From contig CABUCM010000009.1 of the NCBI GenBank assembly GCA_902490005.1, positions 5,834 through 69,833 of the forward strand: 64,000 nucleotides of DNA, in the 5' to 3' direction. This document shows, piece by piece, positions 27,927 through 38,116 of the stretch. The translations under genes were made by a program, and so were the position numbers. Origin of the DNA: an uncultured Ruminiclostridium sp. (GTDB lineage Bacteria > Bacillota > Clostridia > Oscillospirales > Acutalibacteraceae). Positions within the stretch are counted from its first letter, which is position 1. Each line of letters opens with the position of its first letter. Under the pieces are notes generated by a model. The model was not told where the DNA came from. It did no database searches and worked only from the letters and a program-made list of their open reading frames with translations.

Positions 27927-28843
27927 ATCGTATGTGTATTGGAGGCATGGAAGCTTCCCGCATCTCTTTGGGCTGCATGAGAATTGATAAGCTCTCAAAC
28001 AAAGAGGCGCAGGCACTTTTGAACACAGCCCTGGAAAAAGGAATTAATTTTTTTGACCATGCGGACGTTTATGCCAGCGGAGAATCCGAGCGTGTTTTTT
28101 CCAAGGCGATAAATATGGACCGGTCTTTGCGTGAGAAGATTTTCCTGCAGTCCAAGTGTGGAATCCGCAAGGACGGCATTGTGCGCTATGATTTTTCCAG
28201 AGACTACATATTGGAAAGTGTGGACGGCATTTTAAAGCGCCTGAACACTGAGTACCTGGATGTGCTTCTGCTGCACCGCCCGGACCCCCTGGTGGAGCCG
28301 GAAGAGGTGGCCGAGGCGTTCGACCGGCTGCATACCGCGGGCAAGGTCCGCAATTTTGGCGTGAGCAACCAGTCCCCTATGTTGATGGAACTTCTGTCTA
28401 GATATGTGAGACAGCCGCTGGTTATCAATCAGCTTCAGTTCAGCATTGCCCACACGCGGATGATGGATTATCAGATTTATTTCAATACGGATAACCCCGA
28501 GGCGGTGGACCGCAGCAGCGAGATCCTGGAATACTGCCGCTTGAAGGATATCACCATTCAGGCGTGGTCCCCGTTCCAGTACGGCTTCTTCCAGGGAAGC
28601 TTCGTGGACAATCCGAAATTCCCCAAAATCAATGAGGTGCTGGACCGGATTGCCAAAGAAAAGAATGTGTCCAAGTCCGCTGTCGTGGTGGCCTGGATTT
28701 TGCGCCATCCCGCTAAGATGCAGGTGATTGCCGGAACCACCAATCCGGGACGCCTTTCCGATATCTGCCAGGGCGCCGACGTCTGTATCTCCAGAGAAGA
28801 GTGGTATGAGATCTACAGCGCCATGGGCCGGGATATCCCGTAA
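27923..28843 (+). CDS. Aldo/keto reductase (YcsN/YdhF-like)
   Basis: LGCMR, FDHADVY, SKCG, LLHRPD, GVSN, AWSP. Confidence 0.92.
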   Translation: MNRMCIGGMEASRISLGCMRIDKLSNKEAQALLNTALEKGINFFDHADVYASGESERVFSKAINMDRSLREKIFLQSKCGIRKDGIVRYDFSRDYILESVDGILKRLNTEYLDVLLLHRPDPLVEPEEVAEAFDRLHTAGKVRNFGVSNQSPMLMELLSRYVRQPLVINQLQFSIAHTRMMDYQIYFNTDNPEAVDRSSEILEYCRLKDITIQAWSPFQYGFFQGSFVDNPKFPKINEVLDRIAKEKNVSKSAVVVAWILRHPAKMQVIAGTTNPGRLSDICQGADVCISREEWYEIYSAMGRDIP

Positions 28844-28873
28844 ACCAGCCGGGGCTAAAAATTCATAGTAACA

Positions 28874-28930
28874 TTGACTAATTATCCATGGTAACGCTTG
28901 ATTTTAAGAAGCCTCTTATCATGGATAATT
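28874..28930 (+). promoter_or_regulatory. Operator-like inverted repeat beside a -35 hexamer upstream of the kdgK-like fragment
   Basis: TTGACT at 28874; AATTATCCATGGTAA (28880-28894) and TTATCATGGATAATT (28916-28930) form a 15-bp inverted repeat with one mismatch. Confidence 0.5.
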
Positions 28931-29009
28931 CCTTATCTGGAAGCTTATTTGCGAATAGAACATAATGAAACAGAGTATCCAATTACGGTGGTAAAAGGAG
29001 AAATACGAG

Positions 29010-29423
29010 ATGCAATTGAAACAGAATGCCAAATACGCCATTGTGGCGCCCACCAGTATGGGCGTGCGGATAACGCCGAAGGACCGCCAACCGGTACAAA
29101 TCAGCCATGACTATGTAATGTATGCTACCAGCGCGGAGAGCAATGTGTTAAACGTGGCGGCCTCGTTGGGTATGAACACAAAGGTGTTAACGAGTTTTGT
29201 CAGTGGCAGCCCTATCGCGGCTTTTATAAAAGCGGAACTGCGGGCGCGAAACATTGAATTTGAAGGGGCAGAGGTGCCTCAGGGCGGCCCGTGGGGATAC
29301 CGCTTCCACTGCCTATATGGTTTAAAGAATGGCTTGCTTCTGTTTTTGATACGAGGCAAGGAAGTCAGCAGGAAAATAGGCGGCCTTGCGAAAAAGGGCT
29401 TAACCACAATGTTTTGTCGTTAG
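29010..29423 (+). pseudogene. 3'-truncated PfkB/2-keto-3-deoxygluconate-kinase-like gene
   Basis: Good RBS; TSMGVRITP...ATSAESNV...GGPWGYR, then unrelated sequence after about codon 98. The catalytic GAGD/GGGD half is missing. Confidence 0.7.
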
Positions 29424-29607
29424 GCTCTTTTTGCGTTTTAAAATTTTGGGGCTTTTCGTAAATTTATTTTTCTAAACTGTATGTAAAATAGTCGACTATT
29501 CTGAAGCGGTATGCTAAAATAATAATGGAAAATCATAGTTAAAGCTATGAAACCAGGCACACTAACTGATGATCTAAAAGAAGTTTAGAGGTTGAAGGAG
29601 AATTGGT

Positions 29608-31903
29608 ATGGGGGCCCGTAGATACCAAGGGGAACGTCAAAAAGCGATAGGCGGTTTCAAATCTGGGTTCAACGGAAAATGGCTGGTATTTTTAGCCGTT
29701 TGTGTTTTAGTGATTTCCGGCTTCACTATTTGGAACGCCGCTGGGCTGCAGAGGGCTGTTCATGAAAGGACAGAGAGCTATGTGGAGGATGTGTCGGTTC
29801 AGCTGTCGAATGATATCGACAACCGGCTTTCCAAGGTAACGCTGGATTTGGAAATGCTGGAGGACAGCTTGCTGCAGGCTGATCTGAGCAGCGATCATGA
29901 AACCTTAAAAGCCTTTTTAGACCGAAAGGCGGATATTTTAGGTTTTACTTCTCTGATAATATTGGATGCCAAAGGCGGCGTGTATGAATCCAACCCCATA
30001 GGCGAGGATTATTTCTCTCTGCCGGGGATACAGGATTCTCTGGCGGGGAAAAAGGGGGTTTCCTTTTTAAACCAGCAAGGCGTTTTATATTCCATCCCGG
30101 TTATAGAGGGGGGGCCAAATCACTGGGGTTTTGGCCGGCGTCCGAAATAAAGAAAATATGCAGAAGCTGATTCAGGCCCAAAGCTTTGATGGAAACGGCC
30201 TAACCTGCATTACGGACCTCAATGGAAATGTGATTATTTCTCCCACAAACTTGGAACCTTTTATGCGGCTGGATGATATTTTCGTGAAACAGTCGGACGA
30301 ACGGGTCTTAAATAATATTTATCAGATGCAGGAAAATATGAAAAACCGGCAGAAAGGCACGTTTACCTTTACCGCGGCCGACCAAACCAATCTGGTTTTG
30401 TCCTACAGCCCTTTGGCAAGCTATGATTGGGTTTTGCTGACCCTGGTGCCGGCCGACCTAATTTCCCATGAAACCGATCGGTATGTTTTTCAAACCTATA
30501 TCGTGATTGCCGGCACCATCGCGCTTTTCATAATTATTTTAATTATTTTGGTCAGAGTCTATCGCAATCATTATAAGGAACTGCAATATACCGCTTTTAC
30601 AGACCGCTTGACCGGTGAAATGAATAACGCGGCTTTCCAAATAAAATGTCAATCGTTATTTCCCAAGTCGCCTCCGGGAACCTATGCGGTGGCGCTGCTG
30701 AACATTAAAAATTTTAAGCTCATCAACGAGAATTTCGGAAGCGGCGAAGGCAACCGAACGCTGGATTTTATGATGAAAATCATGAAAAGCTACGCGGGGC
30801 CGGAGGAATTTGTGGCCCGGGCCGACGGGGACAATTTCTTTTTCTGCATGAAAGAGAACGACCCTGAGGTGATCCGCAAAAGGCTTAATCAGGTTACGGA
30901 AACCTTGAACGACCGGTTTAAAATTTCCACCAGCGCGCAGGAGGCCCCGTTTCATCTCATGATCCATCAAGGGGTTTACCTTGTGGATGACCCCGGCTTG
31001 GAGATCACGGTGATTCAGGACCGGGCAAAAACCGCTTGCAGAAGCCGGGCTGCCCAAGTGGATAATCTGTGCGTGTTTTATGACGCGGAGTTCACCCGGA
31101 AGCTGAAACGGGAGCATGAGCTCAATGACCAGTTTGAAAGTTCCCTGCAAAACGGGGAGTTTCAGGTTTATCTTCAGCCCAAGGTTTGGGTGGACAACGG
31201 GGTTCCCGGCGCCGCGGAGGCGTTGATCCGGTGGCGGCATCCCCAGCAGGGGCTGATATCGCCCGGGGATTTTATTCCGGTATTTGAGAAAAGCGATAGA
31301 ATATGCCAGCTGGATTTTTATGTGTTTCGGCAGGTATGCAAATTTTTAAGGGCCAGGCTGGATGCGGGGAAGAGCGTGTTTCCCATTTCCGTCAATCTTT
31401 CCCGGCGGCATTTCAAAGACCCAGAGGCCCTGTCAAAGCTGAAAAAAATTGCCGGGGAATATGAGATTCCGGAGAATATCCTGGAACTGGAGCTGACCGA
31501 GTCTGTCTTTTTCGACGATCAGGGCATTTCCCATGTAAAGGGGCAGATTGAGGAAATGCACCGTATGGGTTTCCGGTGTTCCTTAGATGACTTTGGGGCA
31601 GGGTTTTCCTCCCTGGGGCTGCTTATGGAATTCGATGTGGATGTCATTAAGCTGGACCGCCGGTTTTTCCTGGCGGTAGGCAAGGAGAAGACCCGGGATG
31701 TGGTTGCGTCCATTACGGATCTGGCGGAAAAGCTGGGTATCAAAACGGTTGCGGAGGGGATTGAAACCCAGGAGCAGCTGGAATTTGTGAGGCAGGTGCG
31801 GTGCGATATGATCCAAGGCTATCTCTATGCGAAGCCCATGCCGGTTTCCGAATTTGAATGCTGGCTGGAACAGCGGCAAAGCGCCCCTAAAAACCGGGAA
31901 TAG
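29608..31903 (+). pseudogene. Membrane Cache-GGDEF(degenerate)-EAL c-di-GMP phosphodiesterase split by a +1 frameshift
   Basis: ORFs 29608-30150 and 30131-31903 fuse if one G is removed from G7 at 30108-30114 (YSIPVIEGGQITGVLAGVR). RADGDNF replaces GGDEF; AEAL and DDFGAG are intact. Confidence 0.85.
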
Positions 31904-31949
31904 GAGAAGGTTACAATCAGCGGCGGCCCTTTCAATGGCTGCCGCTGTA

Positions 31950-32057
31950 TTGACTTTTAGAAGGGGATAGAGTATCATAATTTCGTCTGCACAGGACGAA
32001 AATTAAGAAAAGAAAATCAGCGCGCTTGCGGCTCAACGGTTGTAAGCGCGTTTCTTT
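31950..32057 (+). promoter_or_regulatory. Promoter followed by a two-hairpin leader ending in a terminator, upstream of yfhO
   Basis: TTGACT-17-TATCAT; hairpin TTTCGTC/GACGAAA; 12-bp stem 32021-32050 followed by TTTCTTT. Confidence 0.55.
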
Positions 32058-32078
32058 CATAGTAGGTTTGGAGCGTAA

Positions 32079-34664
32079 ATGATGGATAAAGAACGCGGTA
32101 TCGGCACCCATATTCTGGCGTTTGCGGCGCCGGGCGTTTTACTGCTGTCTGTATATATTGTGTTAGGGGTGTACCCCTTTGGAGAAAGATCCCTGCTGAT
32201 TACGGATATGAGCCAGCTGTATGTGGATTTTTATTCTTATTTAATCGATGTGTTCCATGGCGGGGAATCCCTTTTCTTTTCCTGGAAAGCGGGCCTGGGA
32301 ATGAATATGATAGGAGTGGTATCCTTTTATTTGGCCAGCCCGTTTTCTTTGCTGATCGCTTTTTTTGACCATCAGTCCGTGACCGAGGGTATTCTTTTAA
32401 TCACCCTGCTGAAAGCGGCGTCCTGCGGCCTGACGTTTTCCATTTATACAAAAAAGGTTCTGCGTCTGGATGGCACCCTGAACCTGTGCTTTTCCATCGC
32501 CTACAGCCTGATGTCCTATGTGGTGGTCTACGCCTTGAATATTATGTGGCTGGATGGCGTCATTTTGTTGCCCTTAGTGCTTTTAGGCATTCACCGGGTT
32601 CAGGAAAAGGGCAGTATGCTTTTGCTTTCGATGGCATATACGATACTGTTTATTTCTCAGTTTTATATCGCCTATATGGTGGGGATTTTCTCTCTGCTGT
32701 ATTTTATCGGCCTGTGCGTCGTGAAAAAAAGCTTCTCCTGGAAAACCATAGGGAAATTTGCCGGCTGTGTGCTGATGGCGGCAGGCCTCAGCGCCTTTTT
32801 GTGGCTTCCCACCTATTTACAGCTTTCTTATGTTTATCTACCGGAGCCCCAGAGCTTCTCTACGGGAGACGTTACCTTTTCTAAAATTTTCAGCAAAACC
32901 CTGTTCGGCAGCTATGATTCCCTTACCTATGGCCTGCCGAACCTTTACTGCGGGATGCTGACCATGCTGTTTGTTCCTTTGTACTTTTTAAACCGGCAGA
33001 TCTTATTGCGGGAAAAAATCGTCAGCGGCGCCGTCAGCTTATTTTTGTGCGTCTGCATGATGGTCTGGCGGCTGAATTTGCTGTGGCACGGCGGGGACGA
33101 GCCCACCTGGTTCCCATACCGGTTCAGCTTCCTGCTGACCTTCTGCGGGCTGTTTATGGCCGTGCGGGCGTTCCGGCATCATAAAGCCTATTCCCCCAGA
33201 GCGTACGGGCTTTCCGTTTTGTTCCTCTCTTTGCTGATCGGCGGCCTCTGGTTCTTCCATTATGACTGGGTTACCTTTGAAAATCTGTTGGTATCCGTTT
33301 TGCTGCTGGTTTTATACGGATTTTTTATGGTGGTTTATTGCTTCCGCCCCAGGCTGAAAAACGCCCTGGCAGTGCTGGCCTTGGTTTCTGTTTGCGTCGA
33401 GATGGGGATAAACGCCGTCAACCTGACGGATTCCCTGGACCGCCAGTTCGGCTATGATGACAGAAGCTCTTACACGGAAAATTACCGTCAGAAAAAGGAG
33501 CTTCAGGAAGAGGCTTCCCGGTTGGCGCGGTCCTCCTGGTACCGCATGGAGGATAAAACCAGAAGAAACGCCAACGACGCCCTTTCTCTAGGGTATCAGG
33601 GGCTGGCTCATTACAGTTCGTTTACCAATCGGAATATGAGCAGCTTTTTAAGCCGGCTGGGGGTATCCACCCGGGTGCAGGACCGTTTTTTGCGGTACAG
33701 CGGATCCAGCGGCGTCACTGATTCCCTGCTGGGAATCCGGTATGTTGTCGGCCATAAGGCGCCTCATTTGGGCTATGTCCCGGTGGGAGAGGCCGAGGGT
33801 TTCACCTTGTATGAAAACCCTGACGCCCTGCCGGTGGCATTTTTATCGGCTCAGGATCTGGGAGCCTTCCATCTGGCCTTTGAGGAAAATGTATTTGAGG
33901 CGCAGAACCATTTGATGTCCACGCTGCTGGGAGAGGAAAAGAGCTATTTTACTCCCATCGAGGGCGCGGAAATGACGCCCTCCCATTATGCTTATCCAGG
34001 CCAGTGGTTCAGCGACGGCTGGTGCACGGTTTCTAAAATGGAGGGGGAAGACGCCTATTTGGAGTTTTCCGTGGTCAGCGACCGGGCCCAGGAAATTTAT
34101 TTTTATATGACATCCTCCGGCTTTGCCGATAACAATTATTTGTTTCTAAATGGAGAAATCATTGAGGATGAAAAATATCCCCTGACCGGGGCGGTGGATT
34201 TGGGATGGTTTGAAGAGGGCGAAACCGTCAAGGTGCAAATGTATTTGAACGGCGATATCACTTATTTGAAAATGCCCTTGTTTTATGGATTTGACAGGGA
34301 AGCTTTCCATCAGGATTGCGGTACGCTGAGAGCCGGCGGCATGACGGAAATCACCCAGGACCGGACCGGAATATCCGGCACGGTTACGGTGGAAAAAAGC
34401 AGCCAGATGCTGTTTACCTCTCTGCCCGCGGACCCAGGCTGGACGGTTTGGGTGGATGGAGAACCAGTGGCGTGGGATACGGTTTCCAACGCTTTTTTAA
34501 CAGTGAGGCTTTCCAAAGGGACCCACAGGGTTTCTTTTACCTATTGCCCGCCCGGCCTGAAGACGGGGATTGCCGTCACCGCGGCGAGCGGGCTGGTGGG
34601 TGTGCTGGGGCTTTGCTGGTTCAGGCTTCTTCGAAAACGGGAACGGAATCAGTGGCGGCTGTGA
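32079..34664 (+). CDS. YfhO-family polytopic membrane protein (GT-C glycosyltransferase-like)
   Basis: D..QLY, G.GMN, YLASPF, MWLDG, many TM helices, C-terminal S.P.DPGW...VDG...Y.PPG. Confidence 0.88.
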   Translation: MMDKERGIGTHILAFAAPGVLLLSVYIVLGVYPFGERSLLITDMSQLYVDFYSYLIDVFHGGESLFFSWKAGLGMNMIGVVSFYLASPFSLLIAFFDHQSVTEGILLITLLKAASCGLTFSIYTKKVLRLDGTLNLCFSIAYSLMSYVVVYALNIMWLDGVILLPLVLLGIHRVQEKGSMLLLSMAYTILFISQFYIAYMVGIFSLLYFIGLCVVKKSFSWKTIGKFAGCVLMAAGLSAFLWLPTYLQLSYVYLPEPQSFSTGDVTFSKIFSKTLFGSYDSLTYGLPNLYCGMLTMLFVPLYFLNRQILLREKIVSGAVSLFLCVCMMVWRLNLLWHGGDEPTWFPYRFSFLLTFCGLFMAVRAFRHHKAYSPRAYGLSVLFLSLLIGGLWFFHYDWVTFENLLVSVLLLVLYGFFMVVYCFRPRLKNALAVLALVSVCVEMGINAVNLTDSLDRQFGYDDRSSYTENYRQKKELQEEASRLARSSWYRMEDKTRRNANDALSLGYQGLAHYSSFTNRNMSSFLSRLGVSTRVQDRFLRYSGSSGVTDSLLGIRYVVGHKAPHLGYVPVGEAEGFTLYENPDALPVAFLSAQDLGAFHLAFEENVFEAQNHLMSTLLGEEKSYFTPIEGAEMTPSHYAYPGQWFSDGWCTVSKMEGEDAYLEFSVVSDRAQEIYFYMTSSGFADNNYLFLNGEIIEDEKYPLTGAVDLGWFEEGETVKVQMYLNGDITYLKMPLFYGFDREAFHQDCGTLRAGGMTEITQDRTGISGTVTVEKSSQMLFTSLPADPGWTVWVDGEPVAWDTVSNAFLTVRLSKGTHRVSFTYCPPGLKTGIAVTAASGLVGVLGLCWFRLLRKRERNQWRL

Positions 34665-34727
34665 TACCGGCGCTGGATTTAGCAGGCTTAAGATCAATAG
34701 CGTAGAGAAAAAACGGAGGCTTTCTTT

Positions 34728-35351
34728 ATGAATGTTTTAATAGTAGGATGTGGGAAAGTAGGATCCCGGCTGGCAAGACAGCTGGCCCAGCGGGGCCATA
34801 ATGTCTCGGTAGTGGACCGGGACGAGGATATGTTCGTTCAGCTTGGCGAGGATTTTGACGGCGTTACCGTCACTGGAATGCCCATGGATATGGATGTGCT
34901 GAGAAGCGCCGGGGTAGAATGGTGCGACGCGGTAGCGGTGGTGACGCCGGATGATAATTTGAATATCACCATTTGCCAGATTGTAAAGACTTTTTTCCAC
35001 GTGGAAAACGTGGTGACCAGAATCAGCGACCCGGCCCGGGAGATGGCGTTCCATCAGTTTGGGCTGTCCTCTGTGTGTTCCACCAATTTGGTGGTAAGCT
35101 CTATTTATACGGCGCTGACCCAGCCCACCGAGGAAAAGCAGATCACTTTTTCCAACGCCACCATGGCGATGGCCGCCCGGCCGGTGGAAGAGATGTATGT
35201 GGGCAGATATTTAGATTCCATTCCTAAGCCTGCTGGTGAGGCGGTCACGGGAGTGCTTCATCCCGGCGGAGAAGTCGAAATCTATGATGGGAAAAACCGG
35301 ATTGAGCTGCATACCGGCGATCAGATTTTAACCGTGCATTCGGTGGATTGA
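34728..35351 (+). CDS. trkA: TrkA/KtrA-family potassium uptake regulatory subunit
   Basis: IVGCGKVG RCK_N motif, VT.DDNLN. Confidence 0.85.
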   Translation: MNVLIVGCGKVGSRLARQLAQRGHNVSVVDRDEDMFVQLGEDFDGVTVTGMPMDMDVLRSAGVEWCDAVAVVTPDDNLNITICQIVKTFFHVENVVTRISDPAREMAFHQFGLSSVCSTNLVVSSIYTALTQPTEEKQITFSNATMAMAARPVEEMYVGRYLDSIPKPAGEAVTGVLHPGGEVEIYDGKNRIELHTGDQILTVHSVD

Positions 35352-35365
35352 GAGGAGGGATTGTT

Positions 35366-36019
35366 TTGAATATCGTCATTGTAGGCGGGGGAAAGCTGGG
35401 CTATTCCCTTGCGATTAATATGCTGGACAGGGATTTTAAGGTGAACGTGGTGGAAAAGAATAAGGTGCGCGCCATGTGGCTGGCAAACGAGTTGGATGCA
35501 GAGGTCCTGTACGGCGACGGCACGGAGGTTGAGGTTCTGATGAAAGCGGGGGCGCAGGAGGCGGATTGCTTTATTGCGGTGACCGGCCAGGATCAGGATA
35601 ATTTGGTAGCTTGCCAGTTAGCGAAAAAACGGTTCCATGTGCCTAAGGTAATTACCAGGGCCAACGATCATAGAAATCTTCCGGCCTTGAGAAACCTGGG
35701 ACCGGATATCGCCGTCAGCAGCACCGAGATCATCACCCGGGCCATCGAGCAGGAGGTGGACAGTGCCGGTATGCACCTGCTGGCCAGCCTGAACCGGGGC
35801 CGCGCCGCTATTTGCGCCCTGACGCTGCCGGAAAATTCCCGGTTTGACGGTATGAGCCTGAAGGATATTCAGATGCCTCAAAATTCCTTGATTGTGTCAG
35901 TGGTTCACCAGGATGTCTTGACGATTCCCCAGGGCTCCACGGTGCTCAGCTCCGGTGATGAGATTGTGGCCATTTGTGAAAGCGATCAGCAGAAAGCGTT
36001 AATGAAAATGTTTCGGTAA
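35366..36019 (+). CDS. trkA: TrkA/KtrA-family potassium uptake regulatory subunit (RCK_N + RCK_C)
   Basis: IVGGGKLG, GDGT, TGQDQDNL, IPQGSTVL..GD. TTG start at 35366 behind GAGGAGG. Confidence 0.88.
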   Translation: MNIVIVGGGKLGYSLAINMLDRDFKVNVVEKNKVRAMWLANELDAEVLYGDGTEVEVLMKAGAQEADCFIAVTGQDQDNLVACQLAKKRFHVPKVITRANDHRNLPALRNLGPDIAVSSTEIITRAIEQEVDSAGMHLLASLNRGRAAICALTLPENSRFDGMSLKDIQMPQNSLIVSVVHQDVLTIPQGSTVLSSGDEIVAICESDQQKALMKMFR

Positions 36020-36068
36020 AGCCAGCCGTTTATATAGGCGCGCCCTTTTCAGTTTATTAACCAAGCAT

Positions 36069-36103
36069 AAAAAAGCCCTCCGCAAAAAACGCGGAGGGCT
36101 TTC
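36069..36103. terminator. Bidirectional terminator
   Basis: A6-GCCCTCCGC/GCGGAGGGC-TTT. Confidence 0.8.
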
Positions 36104-36126
36104 ATTTACATTAAATTTTTAAATGA

Positions 36127-37515
36127 TTATCCCACAATGACCTTGCCTTCGGGAAGGATCTTTCCGGCGCTGCCGTTGTGCTTCATCGTGAGAGCCAGCG
36201 CTAGAGAAATGGGACCGACTCTGCCAATAAACATGGTGAGCATGACAAATATTTTGGCCGCTATGGATAAACCGGGGGTTAAACCGGTGGTCAGGCCAAC
36301 GGTACCGAAGGCGGAAACCGCCTCGTAAATAGAATCAATCGCTGAAATTTCCGGCGGAGTGGTAATCATAATGACGGAAGAGGTGATCGCTATCACCACC
36401 AGCGCCATCGTGACGATGGTCATGGAGCGGTAGACCACGGATTTATCCACCCGGCGTTTGTTGATTACCGTTTCATCCCGTCCCCGTGAGACGCTGAATA
36501 CCGTAGCCACCAATACCACAAAGGTGGTAGTTTTGATACCGCCGCCGGTGGAGGAGGGAGAAGCGCCGATAAACATCAGGATAATGGTGACCAGCTTTGT
36601 GGCGTCCCCCAATTCTCCCTGAGGAATAGTGGCGTAACCCGCGGTTCTGGCGGTGACCGATTGGAAAAAGGAAATATTCAGCTTTTCCCAAAAGCTTAAG
36701 TCCTTTAAGGTGTGGTTATATTCCAGGCCGAAAACTAAAATCGTTCCCAGTGCCAGCAAGGACACCGTGGAAACCAGGACGATTCTGCTGTGCAGCGTCA
36801 GATGAGGGCGGCGTTCTTCCTTTTTCAAGCGTTTTCTGCCCCAATTGTACACATCCACAGCGACAATAAAGCCGATGCCCCCAAGAATAATCAGAAAGCT
36901 AATGGTCAGGCAGACCAAAGGGTCCCCGGCAAAAAGCTCCAGGCTGGCGTCCGGCCTTAGAAAGCCTAAAATATCAAAGCCCGCGTTGCAGTAGGAGGAT
37001 ACCGACAGGAAAATGGAAATCCAAATGCCCCGTCCTCCGAACAGGGGGACAAAACGGAGCATCAAAAGAAAAGAACCGATGGCCTCACAGACGAAAGTGA
37101 AAAATATAATGGTGCGAAGCAGGCGGGGAAGGTCTAAGGTACTGCCGTTAGTATACTCTTTGGCGATCTGCATGTCCCTTAGATCCAATCTCCGGCGTAG
37201 AAACAGGGTAAAGCCGCTGGTAAAGGTCACCAAGCCCAGTCCCCCTAGCTGAATGAGGCCCAGGATGACCACTTGTCCAAAGGCGGACCAATGGGTCCAG
37301 GTATCGAATACCACCAGGCCGGTGACGCAGGTGGCGGAAGTGGACGTAAAAAAAGAACTGAGCAAATCTGTGGCTTGCCGGCCTCTTGCCGAGATTGGCA
37401 GAGCCAGCAGAATCGCGCCGATGACAATGATAATAAAGAAACTGGAAACAATCAGCCGGACCGGCGGGACATCCTTTAGCCGGTGGATCAGAGATCTTTT
37501 TTCGCCTGTTTCCAT
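36127..37515 (-). CDS. trkH: TrkH/KtrB potassium uptake membrane subunit
   Basis: Pore motifs SATCVTGL, CNAGF, RTAG, STGGGIK, AFGTVGL, MFIGRVG. Confidence 0.93.
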   Translation of the reverse strand: METGEKRSLIHRLKDVPPVRLIVSSFFIIIVIGAILLALPISARGRQATDLLSSFFTSTSATCVTGLVVFDTWTHWSAFGQVVILGLIQLGGLGLVTFTSGFTLFLRRRLDLRDMQIAKEYTNGSTLDLPRLLRTIIFFTFVCEAIGSFLLMLRFVPLFGGRGIWISIFLSVSSYCNAGFDILGFLRPDASLELFAGDPLVCLTISFLIILGGIGFIVAVDVYNWGRKRLKKEERRPHLTLHSRIVLVSTVSLLALGTILVFGLEYNHTLKDLSFWEKLNISFFQSVTARTAGYATIPQGELGDATKLVTIILMFIGASPSSTGGGIKTTTFVVLVATVFSVSRGRDETVINKRRVDKSVVYRSMTIVTMALVVIAITSSVIMITTPPEISAIDSIYEAVSAFGTVGLTTGLTPGLSIAAKIFVMLTMFIGRVGPISLALALTMKHNGSAGKILPEGKVIVG

Positions 37516-37557
37516 GAAGCGTAACCGTCCTTTTCTAAAAAGAAGTAAACTACAATA

Positions 37558-38106
37558 TTATGTCAGCCTGTTTTTATTTTCCTGGGATACCAGAAAAATT
37601 CTTTTTGCCGCACCTGTTTTATTCAGCACGCCGATGAGCGGCAGCCCCAGCCCATAGCAGACCACCAGCTCGCCGATACCGACGCTGAGGGCCATGGCTA
37701 AAAATAGGGGGACGGAGAATCCGGCGGGGTCGGTAACGGCGATAACGCACCCCACGATCACGGCGTTGCAGAGCACCGGCGGCAAAGGCGCCAAAACCGG
37801 AAGCCCTTTCACCGTCAAATTCCTCACCAACCGGGTGAGAACGGCGGCCAGCAGGGTGGCTGTGGTGCCGGAAACCCAATCGATGACGCCCATAGGACTG
37901 CCAAGGTTGGATAAAAAGCAGCCAATAGCCAAGCCGGGAATTGCCGAAGGGGTAAATACAGGCAAAATTGTCAGGGCCTCTGAAAAACGGAACTGAACGC
38001 CCTGATATGCTAGGTTCAGCGCCGCCGCGGCGTAGGTAAGCACCGTGTAAATCGCCGCAATCATTGCCGCCTCTACCAGGCGGCGGATTTTAAACGACTG
38101 GTTCAT
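37558..38106 (-). CDS. queT: QueT queuosine-precursor transporter (ECF S-component)
   Basis: AMIAAIY, VQFRFSEAL..LP, GL..GC..SN; preQ1 riboswitch directly upstream. Confidence 0.9.
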   Translation of the reverse strand: MNQSFKIRRLVEAAMIAAIYTVLTYAAAALNLAYQGVQFRFSEALTILPVFTPSAIPGLAIGCFLSNLGSPMGVIDWVSGTTATLLAAVLTRLVRNLTVKGLPVLAPLPPVLCNAVIVGCVIAVTDPAGFSVPLFLAMALSVGIGELVVCYGLGLPLIGVLNKTGAAKRIFLVSQENKNRLT

Positions 38107-38116
38107 ATGAAATTTT

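Noticed and set aside
29430..29607. c-di-GMP riboswitch upstream of the EAL gene
   Set aside because: A GGCACAC is present, but the GAAA-loop stem and GCAAA/P2 elements of the class I aptamer are not.
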